Shown here: positions 11,033 through 20,073 of the stretch, in pieces
Layout of the letters: each line of letters begins with the position of its first letter
Numbering within the stretch: the stretch's first letter is position 1
Notes under the pieces: generated by a model
Told to the model about the DNA's origin: nothing
Database searches by the model: none
What the model saw: the letters and a program-made list of their open reading frames with translations, nothing else
Virus record (IMG/VR): IMGVR_UViG_3300020047_001061
Location: 8,564-72,563 of that record
DNA length: 64,000 nucleotides
Source: a virus
Taxonomy: Duplodnaviria > Caudoviricetes
Direction: 5' to 3' (one strand)
Made by a program: the position numbers and the translations under genes

Positions 11033-11667
11033 CGCCCAAATATTCTTTGTGAGGGTGCGTTGGATGCTGCTTGGCTTCCTGTTGAAGTTGGCTGACCACC
11101 AAAATCAAAGTAAGAGCCAGCAATTGATGGAACACGGTTCATGCTGGTGTCGCCGGGATAATAAACTTGCCAAATCTTTGGAGTGGTCCTAACACCGCCA
11201 ACACGATTCTCAAGGATTGTCCTGAAAGAAGCGCAAGACAACCCAACAGTTGCCACGCGAGTTCTGGCTTGTTCATTCCAATCTTCTGTAATTGAAAAGT
11301 TAGACACAATGCCTTGATAGCGTTTAAAGAACTGCTGAGTAGGTGAAGTAATGATCTGATTGTTTGAGTCCAAAAACCCACGCCACACTTCAATTTGAGA
11401 GCCTTTAATTTGGGAGCCAAGCACAATGGCGATGTTTGTGCCATCAACGCCTGTCAGAGAAATAGACAGATCGGAACTGTTGGCTTTTACATCGCGCTTA
11501 ATGTCGCTCAACTGGAGCAAACTGCCAAGGTTTGTAAATGTGATGCTGTTTACAGTAATAGGAGCCGCCGCATTACAAAACGTGTAAGTGTTTGACGGCA
11601 TCGTCAATCTGATGAATTCAGCTTGTCGGATAGATGAACTATCCAGAGCAGTCATTATTGTGGTCAT
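11029..11667 (-). CDS. Tail tip/hub protein (minor tail protein L position), copy A
   Basis: Synteny after distal tail; homologue at 38719-39363. Confidence 0.65.
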   Translation of the reverse strand: MTTIMTALDSSSIRQAEFIRLTMPSNTYTFCNAAAPITVNSITFTNLGSLLQLSDIKRDVKANSSDLSISLTGVDGTNIAIVLGSQIKGSQIEVWRGFLDSNNQIITSPTQQFFKRYQGIVSNFSITEDWNEQARTRVATVGLSCASFRTILENRVGGVRTTPKIWQVYYPGDTSMNRVPSIAGSYFDFGGQPTSTGSQAASNAPSQRIFGR

Positions 11668-12302
11668 GCTGTAATGTTCTCTCTAAATACAAACGCATCA
11701 TCCCATTGCACAAAAGCACTTCCGGGGGCTGGCATTAGTGTATAGGTTGGACACTTTTCTGCCAAGACATTAAAAGTGCAATTGTTGCCGCAAGCCACAG
11801 CAGCACCAGATACAGGCGATCCAATAACTGGCCTGTGAATTGACACGGTGGCTGTTGCCCCCGTATACGGCACATCTTCAGTTATCTTGTAGCTGTAGCC
11901 GCCAATCATAATAAAATCACCAGCCTTAAAAATAGGGCCAGTAGATGAAGGCAGGTTGGCAAGCGACAGCGTTTGCGAGTTAGCGGCAGGAGTAGCCCCT
12001 AGCGTCACAGTGGTTGGAGTGGTTACTGCGCCACCTTGGTATGACGTAAACCAAGACAAGTTTGCGCTGTTAAACGTAATAGTCTCTGGCAACTGACGGT
12101 CAAGGTTGTCAATCGTTTGGATGATTGTGCGTGAGGTTGCGTAAGCAAGATAACTGTGAGGCGAAACCGTAAACACCCAAGGAACTGTTGTCAGGTATTG
12201 CGCCACACGAACTTGCCCAGACCGACTGTATTGTTGACCAACAGTCCTGCGGTTGTTCACCGTCATAGACTGCTGAATTTCAAAAATCGTTTGAAAAGAC
12301 AT
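11664..12302 (-). CDS. Distal tail protein, copy A
   Basis: Directly follows tape measure; homologue at 38126-38722. Confidence 0.65.
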   Translation of the reverse strand: MSFQTIFEIQQSMTVNNRRTVGQQYSRSGQVRVAQYLTTVPWVFTVSPHSYLAYATSRTIIQTIDNLDRQLPETITFNSANLSWFTSYQGGAVTTPTTVTLGATPAANSQTLSLANLPSSTGPIFKAGDFIMIGGYSYKITEDVPYTGATATVSIHRPVIGSPVSGAAVACGNNCTFNVLAEKCPTYTLMPAPGSAFVQWDDAFVFRENITA

Positions 12303-14722
12303 TAGGTTCTCCCGAAACTTGTAGCAAGGTTCTTGTTGGCATAAGCATTGGCCGCCCAGATCGCATTAGAACTGCCTAGAAGCCTGTCTTCAAACGATTT
12401 GGTATCAATGGCATTGATGTAGTTGTTTGTGACGTTGGTGGTGCTTCCAATGTTGCTTATCTGATTGTTTGGAATAACCGTTCCAGATGATCTTGGAATA
12501 AACAACTCGGGTCCACGTTCTCCAACAACGTAGGGAGTATTAGCATTAGCCGGTCCACCTTCAGCAAGAAAGCCGCCAAGGTCTTGATTACCAAAAGCAT
12601 TCCCTGTTCCGAATCCACCACCAGTGAAAGCACCAAACGCAGCCCCAAGAAACTTCATTGCAGCAGCCTTCATCTGGATTGCAATCAAGTCTTGTATGAC
12701 GCTACGAGCAAAATCCTTCATGTTGAATTTGCCCGTCTTGACAAAGTTGTCAATGGCCGAACCCATGTTGCCCCAAACAGTATCAAAAATCTGCTGAGTC
12801 TTTTGCATAGATTCTTGAATGGTGACATTCAGCTTTTCAAGAGCCTCTTGTCGGTCAAGTTGCTTTGTCAAGAAGTCTACTTCTGGACTGCCTTCAATTT
12901 CTTTGCGCTTTCGTGCGTACTCCAAAGAAATCATAGCCAGCTTTTGCTCTTTCTCAGTTGCATAAACCAACCGATACTTCAATTCAAGACGCTCTTTATC
13001 AATTTCAAGAGAACGAGTCGTTCCTTGTGCGTCTGTTCTCATTGCTGCGCGGCGATTGTCTTCTGCAACAACCGCATCAGAGATTTCTTTTTCAGTACGC
13101 ACAGCCTCTTCGTACTCAGCAAGGTTTGTCTTTGTGCGGATTTGTCTAATCTTTTCGGCTGCTTCGGCTGCAATAACAATTGCTTTGTTTTTGTATATCT
13201 CAAGGTTTTGCGCTGTGGCTCGGCCATCTTCCTGCTGATTTTTTTCAGCCATCTCTCTGCGAGCATCTTCAAGTTTTTTGGCCGCTTCAATTTCCAAAAT
13301 TTGAATTTCGTTCAAACCTTCTCTGGCAACAGCAAACCTTGCATCAGACTCTGCTTTGGCAACTTCTAAGGCTTTGCTCTTCAGCATCCCTTTATATTTG
13401 TCGTACTCGTCAATTTTGCTTTTTGCATCACCAACATCTTTAGACGATGCAGAACGGCCCTGAAGACGTTGAATTTCTTGCAAGTTATCTTTGCTGGCTT
13501 GCAATGACGCAAGAACCTTACGCCAGCCTCTGGCATACGCTGTGTCTTCATCTTCCGCTGTGCCAGAAAGTTTTTGCTTAATGTCTGTAATTTGCTTATC
13601 AAGCGCCTCAAGGGTTTGCGATTGATTGGGGCCAGTAAGAAACTGTTTAAATTGATCCCAATAGTTGCTCATGGCAGTTGTCACAGACTTCCACGCGCCC
13701 TCAAGCAGACCAAGCTCGCGGCGTTGCTGCTCCAGTTTTGTGTTCAAAGCAACAGCCACAACTTGTGCGGCTTCTTGCTTTTTGTTTGCCTTTTCCAAAG
13801 CCTCAATTTGTTTGTACTGCTCTAGCGTAAGGAAATTCATCTCTTTGTTCAGAGACTTTGCGCCTTCGGCTGTGCCACTCAAACCGCCTTTAAGTTTCTG
13901 AGCAGCCTCAGTTGCAGACACACCGGCAATCTGCGAGTAGGTGATGATTGCTTGAGTTACTGCGTTAATTGATTCGCCAGTAAACTGTCCAGACGAAATC
14001 ACGGCCATCAACGCTTCTTTGGTTGAACCAAGACTTGCTTTGGTGTTACCGCTTAAAGTGCTTGCCAGCTTCTGGAAAGACTCTTCAGTTACTTTGGAAT
14101 AGTTGCCAGTCAAAGTCAACGCATCGTTCAACTGCTCCAACTCAGTGGCTGCATCATATGCAGCCTTTGCAGTTGCACCAATAGCAATTGCAAGAACACC
14201 AAATCCAACCGTGGTCGGGGTAAACAAAGAGCCAACGGCTTTAAGCGCATTGCCAACGCCACCCATAACGTCTTTAAGTTGACCACCCTGCTGCAAGATG
14301 GCAATAAATGGGCTTTGGCCTGAAGCGATCTGCGTCACCAAGTCAGTTGTTTGATAGGTCAACTGAATCTTCTGCTGCTCGTTCATCTTGAACTGAGCAT
14401 TGGTTGCATTCTTTGCAGCGTTTGCGATTTTGTCGTATGCAGCCGCTTGTTCAAGCAATTGCTTCTTTACATCAGTAGTGGCGTTTTTAAAGCGGCCAGC
14501 GGCCATCTCGCGCTCAACCATTGTGACCCGAGACACAACCTTGCCATAGTCATCAGTTGCATATTTAAGGGCGACAATTTCTTTTGCAGCCGCATCAGTT
14601 TCGCGGCGAATAGCATTTTTGAGCTTGACGTTTTCGGCAATAGCTTTGTCAATGGACGCCGTAAATTCAGCCGTGTCCAAGCCAAGGACAACGCCAAGTC
14701 GGGCAATATTTTGTGAAGCCAT
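12302..14722 (-). CDS. Tail tape measure protein, copy A
   Basis: 806 aa helical; QIASGQSPFIAILQQGGQLKD lambda-H-like motif; C-terminal GGPA...YVVGERGPELFIP. Confidence 0.9.
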   Translation of the reverse strand: MASQNIARLGVVLGLDTAEFTASIDKAIAENVKLKNAIRRETDAAAKEIVALKYATDDYGKVVSRVTMVEREMAAGRFKNATTDVKKQLLEQAAAYDKIANAAKNATNAQFKMNEQQKIQLTYQTTDLVTQIASGQSPFIAILQQGGQLKDVMGGVGNALKAVGSLFTPTTVGFGVLAIAIGATAKAAYDAATELEQLNDALTLTGNYSKVTEESFQKLASTLSGNTKASLGSTKEALMAVISSGQFTGESINAVTQAIITYSQIAGVSATEAAQKLKGGLSGTAEGAKSLNKEMNFLTLEQYKQIEALEKANKKQEAAQVVAVALNTKLEQQRRELGLLEGAWKSVTTAMSNYWDQFKQFLTGPNQSQTLEALDKQITDIKQKLSGTAEDEDTAYARGWRKVLASLQASKDNLQEIQRLQGRSASSKDVGDAKSKIDEYDKYKGMLKSKALEVAKAESDARFAVAREGLNEIQILEIEAAKKLEDARREMAEKNQQEDGRATAQNLEIYKNKAIVIAAEAAEKIRQIRTKTNLAEYEEAVRTEKEISDAVVAEDNRRAAMRTDAQGTTRSLEIDKERLELKYRLVYATEKEQKLAMISLEYARKRKEIEGSPEVDFLTKQLDRQEALEKLNVTIQESMQKTQQIFDTVWGNMGSAIDNFVKTGKFNMKDFARSVIQDLIAIQMKAAAMKFLGAAFGAFTGGGFGTGNAFGNQDLGGFLAEGGPANANTPYVVGERGPELFIPRSSGTVIPNNQISNIGSTTNVTNNYINAIDTKSFEDRLLGSSNAIWAANAYANKNLATSFGRT

Positions 14723-15213
14723 TATCTTTTCCTTCGCGCCAGTTTCTTGGCGTAATCAGGGATTCTGACCGCCAATTGTGATTTTAGTTCAGTCAGGACA
14801 GCATCAGCATTTTCTTGCAATGCAGGACGCAAAAATGGGTTTGCCCCCATCTTAGATGTGCCAAACTCGTTTGCTAGTGATACCGCGCTTTTCTTAACCG
14901 ACACAACCGCAATTGCCGCATCGGAGTCATTAACGTATTCGCTCATTCTGTCTTTGCCACTTGGAATTCTGGCATCCAGACGAATAGTGTCGCGCATGTG
15001 AATTGGATTTTTTGCATCCCGTGGCTTGTCGCCAACTGGCGCTCTTACTTTTGCTGCATCTAAAACAACCTCCATTGCTGCTTTGGCAGATGGAACAAGC
15101 GTGTTTCTTGCGACCAAATCACCCCGGAATCCTTCAGCCATTTCTCGCAACTGCTGTTCAAATTCGGCAAATCCTTCAAGCTCAAAAGATTTGCTTTGCG
15201 GGGTATAGGCCAT
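14722..15213 (-). CDS. HK97 gp10-like tail-completion protein, copy A
   Basis: EFGTSKMGANPFLRPAL motif. Confidence 0.8.
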   Translation of the reverse strand: MAYTPQSKSFELEGFAEFEQQLREMAEGFRGDLVARNTLVPSAKAAMEVVLDAAKVRAPVGDKPRDAKNPIHMRDTIRLDARIPSGKDRMSEYVNDSDAAIAVVSVKKSAVSLANEFGTSKMGANPFLRPALQENADAVLTELKSQLAVRIPDYAKKLARRKR

Positions 15214-15214
15214 T

Positions 15215-15559
15215 TCACACTTTCAAGAATGCCTCCGAACCGGGTCTAGTTGCAATAAAGTTCAGCAGTTGCTGATTAACTTGCTCTTGCTGCTGTTTCT
15301 CGGTCAAAGGTGGAATGATGTATTCATGCGTTGACGGCAAGACATCCTGCATTCGGAATGGCTTTGCTGTTTTCTGCATTTTCGAGTTTAAGTTGCCAGT
15401 GGTCAAGGAACTTAACGCCAGCAGCAGCGCCTTATTTCCAATCATCCCATCCGACAACATAATCTCAATGTTTCTTAAATCATCCACCGGAACATCATCA
15501 GGACACCCACCGTGGGCATAAATATACGCCCTAGCTTGCGAGTGAGCGTCCTGAATTAG
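15215..15559 (-). CDS. Tail assembly chaperone frameshift extension (GT-like), copy A
   Basis: -1 frame is open from the slippery site to 15215: LIQDAHSQARAYIYAHGGCPDDVPVDDLRN... Confidence 0.7.
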   Translation of the reverse strand, partial: LIQDAHSQARAYIYAHGGCPDDVPVDDLRNIEIMLSDGMIGNKALLLALSSLTTGNLNSKMQKTAKPFRMQDVLPSTHEYIIPPLTEKQQQEQVNQQLLNFIATRPGSEAFLKV

Positions 15560-16026
15560 TTTTTTCGTGCGTCCTTATATCCCGGCTGGATGCACTCGGT
15601 AATTTTGGCAATTATTTCAAGCTGAACGGTCATGGGCCACTCGGCCTCGACTTCAGCATATGTCAAGCCGTCCCAATCGCCAACTTCAGGCACAAGCAGC
15701 TTGATGTATTCAACAATCCTCTGCTCCATCAGCATGACAGAACGAGCCAATCCTTTGGTTGATCTGCCTTCAACGATTACATCGTCTTCAGTGACTTCTA
15801 CGCCTTCAATGACCGTGCCATCCCGAAAACTGCCCGACATCTTTTTATATCGTTCATTTAAATCGGATTCGTCAATTTTTGTAATTCGCTCTTCTAGTTG
15901 CTCCATCTCTTTGGTCAAAGGGATGCGAACTTTAAAGAGATGCCCACCAAGCTCAAAATTCTTGGTACGCAGATGTGCAGATGCTTTTTGGTAGCTGTCA
16001 CCAAAAGCAGATGAAATTCGTGACAT
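15556..16026 (-). CDS. Tail assembly chaperone (G-like), copy A
   Basis: Between tail tube and tape measure; ends in A AAA AAC TAA. Confidence 0.75.
   Translation of the reverse strand: MSRISSAFGDSYQKASAHLRTKNFELGGHLFKVRIPLTKEMEQLEERITKIDESDLNERYKKMSGSFRDGTVIEGVEVTEDDVIVEGRSTKGLARSVMLMEQRIVEYIKLLVPEVGDWDGLTYAEVEAEWPMTVQLEIIAKITECIQPGYKDARKN
15559..15565 (-). other. -1 ribosomal frameshift heptamer A AAA AAC, copy A
   Basis: X XXY YYZ in correct frame just before stop; identical at 34866-34872. Confidence 0.75.
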
Positions 16027-16035
16027 GTAATTTCC

Positions 16036-16257
16036 TTATCGTGTCGTTTTGATAATCTTGTGGTAAATCGACTCATTCAGACTCATGGCGTAATCCACCA
16101 CTTCATCTGGAGTCATCTTATCAGCATGATACCTTGCAATGTCATGTGCAAGCGCAATCGCTGTAATTCTCTGTTGTTGAAACCCAAACCAATTCTTGGA
16201 AGAATCGGATTGGGCTACAAGAAAGTTTAGAAGGTCATTGCTGTCTTTTACTATCAT
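16036..16257 (-). CDS. Hypothetical tail-region protein, copy A
   Basis: Homologue at 34171-34395. Confidence 0.7.
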   Translation of the reverse strand: MIVKDSNDLLNFLVAQSDSSKNWFGFQQQRITAIALAHDIARYHADKMTPDEVVDYAMSLNESIYHKIIKTTR

Positions 16258-16262
16258 GTGTT

Positions 16263-16475
16263 TTACTCTGTTGTGTCTGGTGCAACTTCTTCAATAACGA
16301 CCACAGGAGCAGTCACGTTATATTTTTTTAACAAGGCCAAAGCAATGGCTTCTGCTGTGTCTGGTTTGGCAGTGGCTTTTGCAAGCTCACCAGCGTCCAC
16401 CACCAAGCTACGGGCAACAACTTCAATGTCGCCGTAGCTGGTCACAATTGCTTTAATTGCGTCATTCACGCTCAT
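16263..16475 (-). CDS. Hypothetical protein unique to copy A
   Basis: MSVNDAIKAIVTSYG start forms ATGA overlap with tail tube stop; no counterpart in copy B. Confidence 0.55.
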   Translation of the reverse strand: MSVNDAIKAIVTSYGDIEVVARSLVVDAGELAKATAKPDTAEAIALALLKKYNVTAPVVVIEEVAPDTTE

Positions 16476-16993
16476 GTGTTGTTCGACCAGCCGTACTGGT
16501 TGCCCCGTGGATGAACAGTGAAAGTGCATTTGGCTTCAGCGCCCGGTGCAGAGTCAATTTGGAATTGACCAACGCGACCATTGAAAGCATAAGCGACAGT
16601 GTTTACGCCCTCAACTGCTGCAACCACGAAAGTGCGGTCCACAACACCAGAGTAAGCGTCAGAACGAATCTGAAGCAAAGCTGTGTCAGCAGGGTTCCAA
16701 GCAGCCGTAATGGTCATGCTTGTAGGCGCGGCCTGAACAGGAATCTTGTCGCTTTGACGAGAACCAGCCACACCGAAACTTGCCACCGCATCATCCATGC
16801 CAAATGCAGGGATTGCTTCAACAGGAACAGCAACGCCGTTAGCGCCTGTGCCGTTGGCTACAGTACCAACAATCGCAGCTACTTGAGCAGTCCATACAGA
16901 CAAGTTGGCCGTGCTCAAAGGAGTTGGAGTTGCAGCCGCTTGCATCCAAAGCGATGCGCTAAAACCGGGAAGAACTTTTGCAGGGATAGCCAT
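16472..16993 (-). CDS. Major tail (tube) protein paralogue 2, copy A
   Basis: PVEAIPAFG.DDAVASF...AWNPAD...YAFNG..HPRGNQYGWSNN shared with 17003-17497 and 33640-34164. Confidence 0.75.
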   Translation of the reverse strand: MAIPAKVLPGFSASLWMQAAATPTPLSTANLSVWTAQVAAIVGTVANGTGANGVAVPVEAIPAFGMDDAVASFGVAGSRQSDKIPVQAAPTSMTITAAWNPADTALLQIRSDAYSGVVDRTFVVAAVEGVNTVAYAFNGRVGQFQIDSAPGAEAKCTFTVHPRGNQYGWSNNT

Positions 16994-17002
16994 GATGACT
17001 CC

Positions 17003-17497
17003 TTATGCGTTGTTGGACCAACCGTACTGGTTGCCACGGGGATGGATGGTAAATGTAGCCTTGGCTTCTGCACCGGGAGCAGAATCAATCTGGAACTGGC
17101 CTACGCGACCGTTAAAGGCGTAATAAACGATGCCTGTACCATCGGTGGCCGAAATCACGAAAGTGCGGTCAATCACGCCAGAATAGGCGTCTGCGCGCAT
17201 CAACAGCAAGTTGGTGTCGGCAGGGTTCCAAGCAGCAGTGATTGTCATGCTGGTAGGAGCAGCTTGCACAGGAATCTTGTCAGACTGACGCGACCCGGCA
17301 ACACCGAAACTAGCAACAGCATCGTCTTGACCGAAAGCAGGAATTGCCTCGACAGGAATAATGTTGCCGCTAACAGCAATGGGAGAAACGCTGGCAACCA
17401 AGGACAACTGTGCAGTAGTCAAAGGAGTTGGCGTAGAAGTCGGTTGTGCGTAAAGAACGGCGCTAAAACCGGGGAGAACTTTGTTTGGTAAAGCCAT
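17003..17497 (-). CDS. Major tail (tube) protein paralogue 1, copy A
   Basis: Follows tail terminator; strong RBS (gaaggatactcaaaATG); paralogue of adjacent gene. Confidence 0.75.
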   Translation of the reverse strand: MALPNKVLPGFSAVLYAQPTSTPTPLTTAQLSLVASVSPIAVSGNIIPVEAIPAFGQDDAVASFGVAGSRQSDKIPVQAAPTSMTITAAWNPADTNLLLMRADAYSGVIDRTFVISATDGTGIVYYAFNGRVGQFQIDSAPGAEAKATFTIHPRGNQYGWSNNA

Positions 17498-17534
17498 TTT
17501 GAGTATCCTTCAAAAGTTGAACAATTGTCTTGTA

Positions 17535-17954
17535 TTACGCTGGAATGTCAATGGTGCAGTCTAAGAAGATTTGCGCCATTTTTTCCTCATCGTTGTAACT
17601 GTTATACAGCCACATGACATCAGCTTTAGAAATGTAAAAGCCTTCTGCTGGACTGCCCAAAATTCCACTATACCCATGTAAGGCTTGCAGAATCTGATTT
17701 GAGATTGTAAAACCATCTTCAATCTGTTGAGTGAAAATAGAAATCTGAAATACAGGTCGGTCAATGCCTTTGTTGCTTTGCTGTGGCCCCGTATATACAG
17801 GCTGATGCACATTACGCAGCATCCAAGTAATGAACTTAGGCTGAGTGGCAAAATTACGGTTAAAAGCCGCATACACAGGCACAGGCGTGACTATGTTTGC
17901 CAGTTGGTACTGAATGGCTTTACCGTAAACAACAGGATTGAGTTGAGTTGCCAT
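17535..17954 (-). CDS. Tail terminator protein, copy A
   Basis: Synteny; RPVFQISIF segment; near-identical protein at 33177-33596. Confidence 0.7.
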   Translation of the reverse strand: MATQLNPVVYGKAIQYQLANIVTPVPVYAAFNRNFATQPKFITWMLRNVHQPVYTGPQQSNKGIDRPVFQISIFTQQIEDGFTISNQILQALHGYSGILGSPAEGFYISKADVMWLYNSYNDEEKMAQIFLDCTIDIPA

Positions 17955-18298
17955 TACACCGCCGTAACTGGATCAGAACGGTAGCACAAGAAAATGACGT
18001 TCATACGATCATCAGATTCCCTTGCGCTGTCAATACGCCAATCTTTACCACGCCATGTGATTGAGTACAAATGCTGGTTATCAACAATTGTCTTCATGTT
18101 TGGCGTGTAATTCAACGTGAAGTTGGTCATGTCTTGATACAGCCGATACTTATCAGCAATCTTCAGACTGTTTGAAACTGCCGCAACTCTTGCCCGTGTC
18201 GCAAACCACAATGCCTGAACAGTCGCAGACTCACCAAAATCCGACTTGGTGAAAGTCAGGTTGTTGATGTTGATGTTCTCAAAACGAGCAATTGCCAT
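17954..18298 (-). CDS. Head closure / head-tail joining protein, copy A
   Basis: ITWRGKDWRIDS pattern of SPP1 gp16-like proteins; synteny. Confidence 0.75.
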   Translation of the reverse strand: MAIARFENININNLTFTKSDFGESATVQALWFATRARVAAVSNSLKIADKYRLYQDMTNFTLNYTPNMKTIVDNQHLYSITWRGKDWRIDSARESDDRMNVIFLCYRSDPVTAV

Positions 18299-18299
18299 T

Positions 18300-18971
18300 T
18301 CACATCACCAGAGGTTTGTAAGACCGCAGCAAGGTTGTTACACCAAACGGAATGTCTTTTAGCTTTGTCTCTGTTGCATTTGCACGGTTGTTATACAAAT
18401 GCGTGAGCAACAACAACCCTGCTTGCTTAATGACAGGGTAAGCGGCCAAAGGGTTGGCAACAGTTGTATATTGCACAATGATTGGCGCAGTCATCACCGA
18501 ATTCACATCTGTTGGCAAGTTATTCACAATTACTTTGTTGCCCGAGGCATCGTAGTAGTAGCTGGAACTTGCAAGAGTTGTGAACACAGGAGGGAAAGCA
18601 TCGTTCCAGTATCCGACTGAATCAATACTGACACCAGCTTGATTGGCGTAAAAGTTTTGGCTAACTTCAGGCAAATCAAGACTAATTGGCGATGCTACAA
18701 GGCTCTCAGAACCGTACCAGACGCGATAACTTACCGGAAGGATAGACATCCCCAAGTAGTCTTCAATTGCTTGTCTGGTGGCTACTTCAAGGCCAAGCAA
18801 ATACCCGTCTTGGCTTTCGTCATCAAACAAGTTGAGTTGATTCGTGATTTCCTCAAGAGTCAACCACGCAGTGACACTATCACGCCCAATCTGTTCAACC
18901 TTTGCGTAGTTAAACGGATTGCGCGTCTGAGCGCCAAAAGGCGCAGCGTATTGATAGTTGTCAACGCTCAT
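18300..18971 (-). CDS. Head-tail connector (HK97 gp6-like), copy A
   Basis: LTLEEITNQL...IKQAGLLLLTHLYNNR...IPFGV..LL..YK motif. Confidence 0.8.
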   Translation of the reverse strand: MSVDNYQYAAPFGAQTRNPFNYAKVEQIGRDSVTAWLTLEEITNQLNLFDDESQDGYLLGLEVATRQAIEDYLGMSILPVSYRVWYGSESLVASPISLDLPEVSQNFYANQAGVSIDSVGYWNDAFPPVFTTLASSSYYYDASGNKVIVNNLPTDVNSVMTAPIIVQYTTVANPLAAYPVIKQAGLLLLTHLYNNRANATETKLKDIPFGVTTLLRSYKPLVM

Positions 18972-18973
18972 GT

Positions 18974-20017
18974 TTAAGTCTCAATTGAACGAACACCAGC
19001 AAACACATCACGCACGGTGCTAACCATACGTTTTTCAGCATACAAGTTTACAAAGCCGGGAGTTGTTTGCTCCATTGCTTGGACAGTCATTTCTTCCACA
19101 TCGGCAATCGTCATAAAACGAGGCCAGTTGGCAAGATACATTGACTTGCAGCCGACTGTGCCTGTAGCGTCCAAATATGGGTTTGGAATCACAGGGAATC
19201 CATACACATGCAGCAACGAACCTGCTTCGGCAGAACCTGTTTCAACAAAAGAATAACCAGCACCGCCATGAGCATAGTTACGCAAAGTCTGAATGGCAGT
19301 TGGGTGCATCATCCAAGCAGTACCGGGCAAAGACCAGTATTGTGCTGGCAAAGCATTGGCCATTGCTGCCAAAGTCTCAGCTTCAAGACCGCCAGTGTTG
19401 TTGTAGCCGACAGTACGGATTGTGTGCAAGCCGTTTGTGATGGCTGTACCGCTTGAACCGAATGCAGCAGCAGCGCCAGCAGCGCCGGGGTAGCTGTTCA
19501 AGCCACGCAGACCATCAGTGCCACCGGTTGATGTAGTGGTAGAACCTGCTTGGTCATTATTCAGGCCGCATGATGCGCCTTCCAACTGAGCAAATTCCAT
19601 CATCAGGTCTTCAACCAACTCGTTTTGCAAACCGTTCACATCCGACAACACAGCCGAACGAACAGGCAGTTGTGCAGAAATTACGCGAGTTGGCAATTGC
19701 CAGATGCTTGTATTGATGTTGGGAGAACCACTGTTGGGGCTGACTGTGTAGCCCCAAGGGTTTGTGCTGTCAGCAGCGTTACCAGTCTTGGCAACAAACT
19801 GAACAGCGGAATTTCCGGGAACTTTGATGTTCCGTGCGCCTTGACGAAATGGGTTTGCATAGCGCAGGGCTGCAAACGCTTCGTCAAAGTGAGTGCGACC
19901 ACCGACATTCAATCCTGAACCAGTGATAGCAGATGCCTCGCGCAAGTCGATTTTGACTTGATCGCCAGTTTCCAAAGTTTGCTTAATTCCAGACAGGATG
20001 CGTTCGGTAATGGTCAT
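18974..20017 (-). CDS. Second HK97-fold capsid protein paralogue, copy A
   Basis: EASAITGSG..GGR..FD..FAALRYANPFR aligns to major capsid; ends YAEKRMVSTVRD. Confidence 0.75.
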   Translation of the reverse strand: MTITERILSGIKQTLETGDQVKIDLREASAITGSGLNVGGRTHFDEAFAALRYANPFRQGARNIKVPGNSAVQFVAKTGNAADSTNPWGYTVSPNSGSPNINTSIWQLPTRVISAQLPVRSAVLSDVNGLQNELVEDLMMEFAQLEGASCGLNNDQAGSTTTSTGGTDGLRGLNSYPGAAGAAAAFGSSGTAITNGLHTIRTVGYNNTGGLEAETLAAMANALPAQYWSLPGTAWMMHPTAIQTLRNYAHGGAGYSFVETGSAEAGSLLHVYGFPVIPNPYLDATGTVGCKSMYLANWPRFMTIADVEEMTVQAMEQTTPGFVNLYAEKRMVSTVRDVFAGVRSIET

Positions 20018-20040
20018 ATCAGTTCCTAAATTATTGGCTC

Positions 20041-20067
20041 AAAAAGGAGGGGCAGTTACGCCCCTCC
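20041..20067 (-). terminator. Rho-independent terminator after major capsid gene, copy A
   Basis: GGAGGGGC-gtaact-GCCCCTCC followed by TTTTT on minus strand; same stem in copy B. Confidence 0.8.
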
Positions 20068-20073
20068 GATTTA

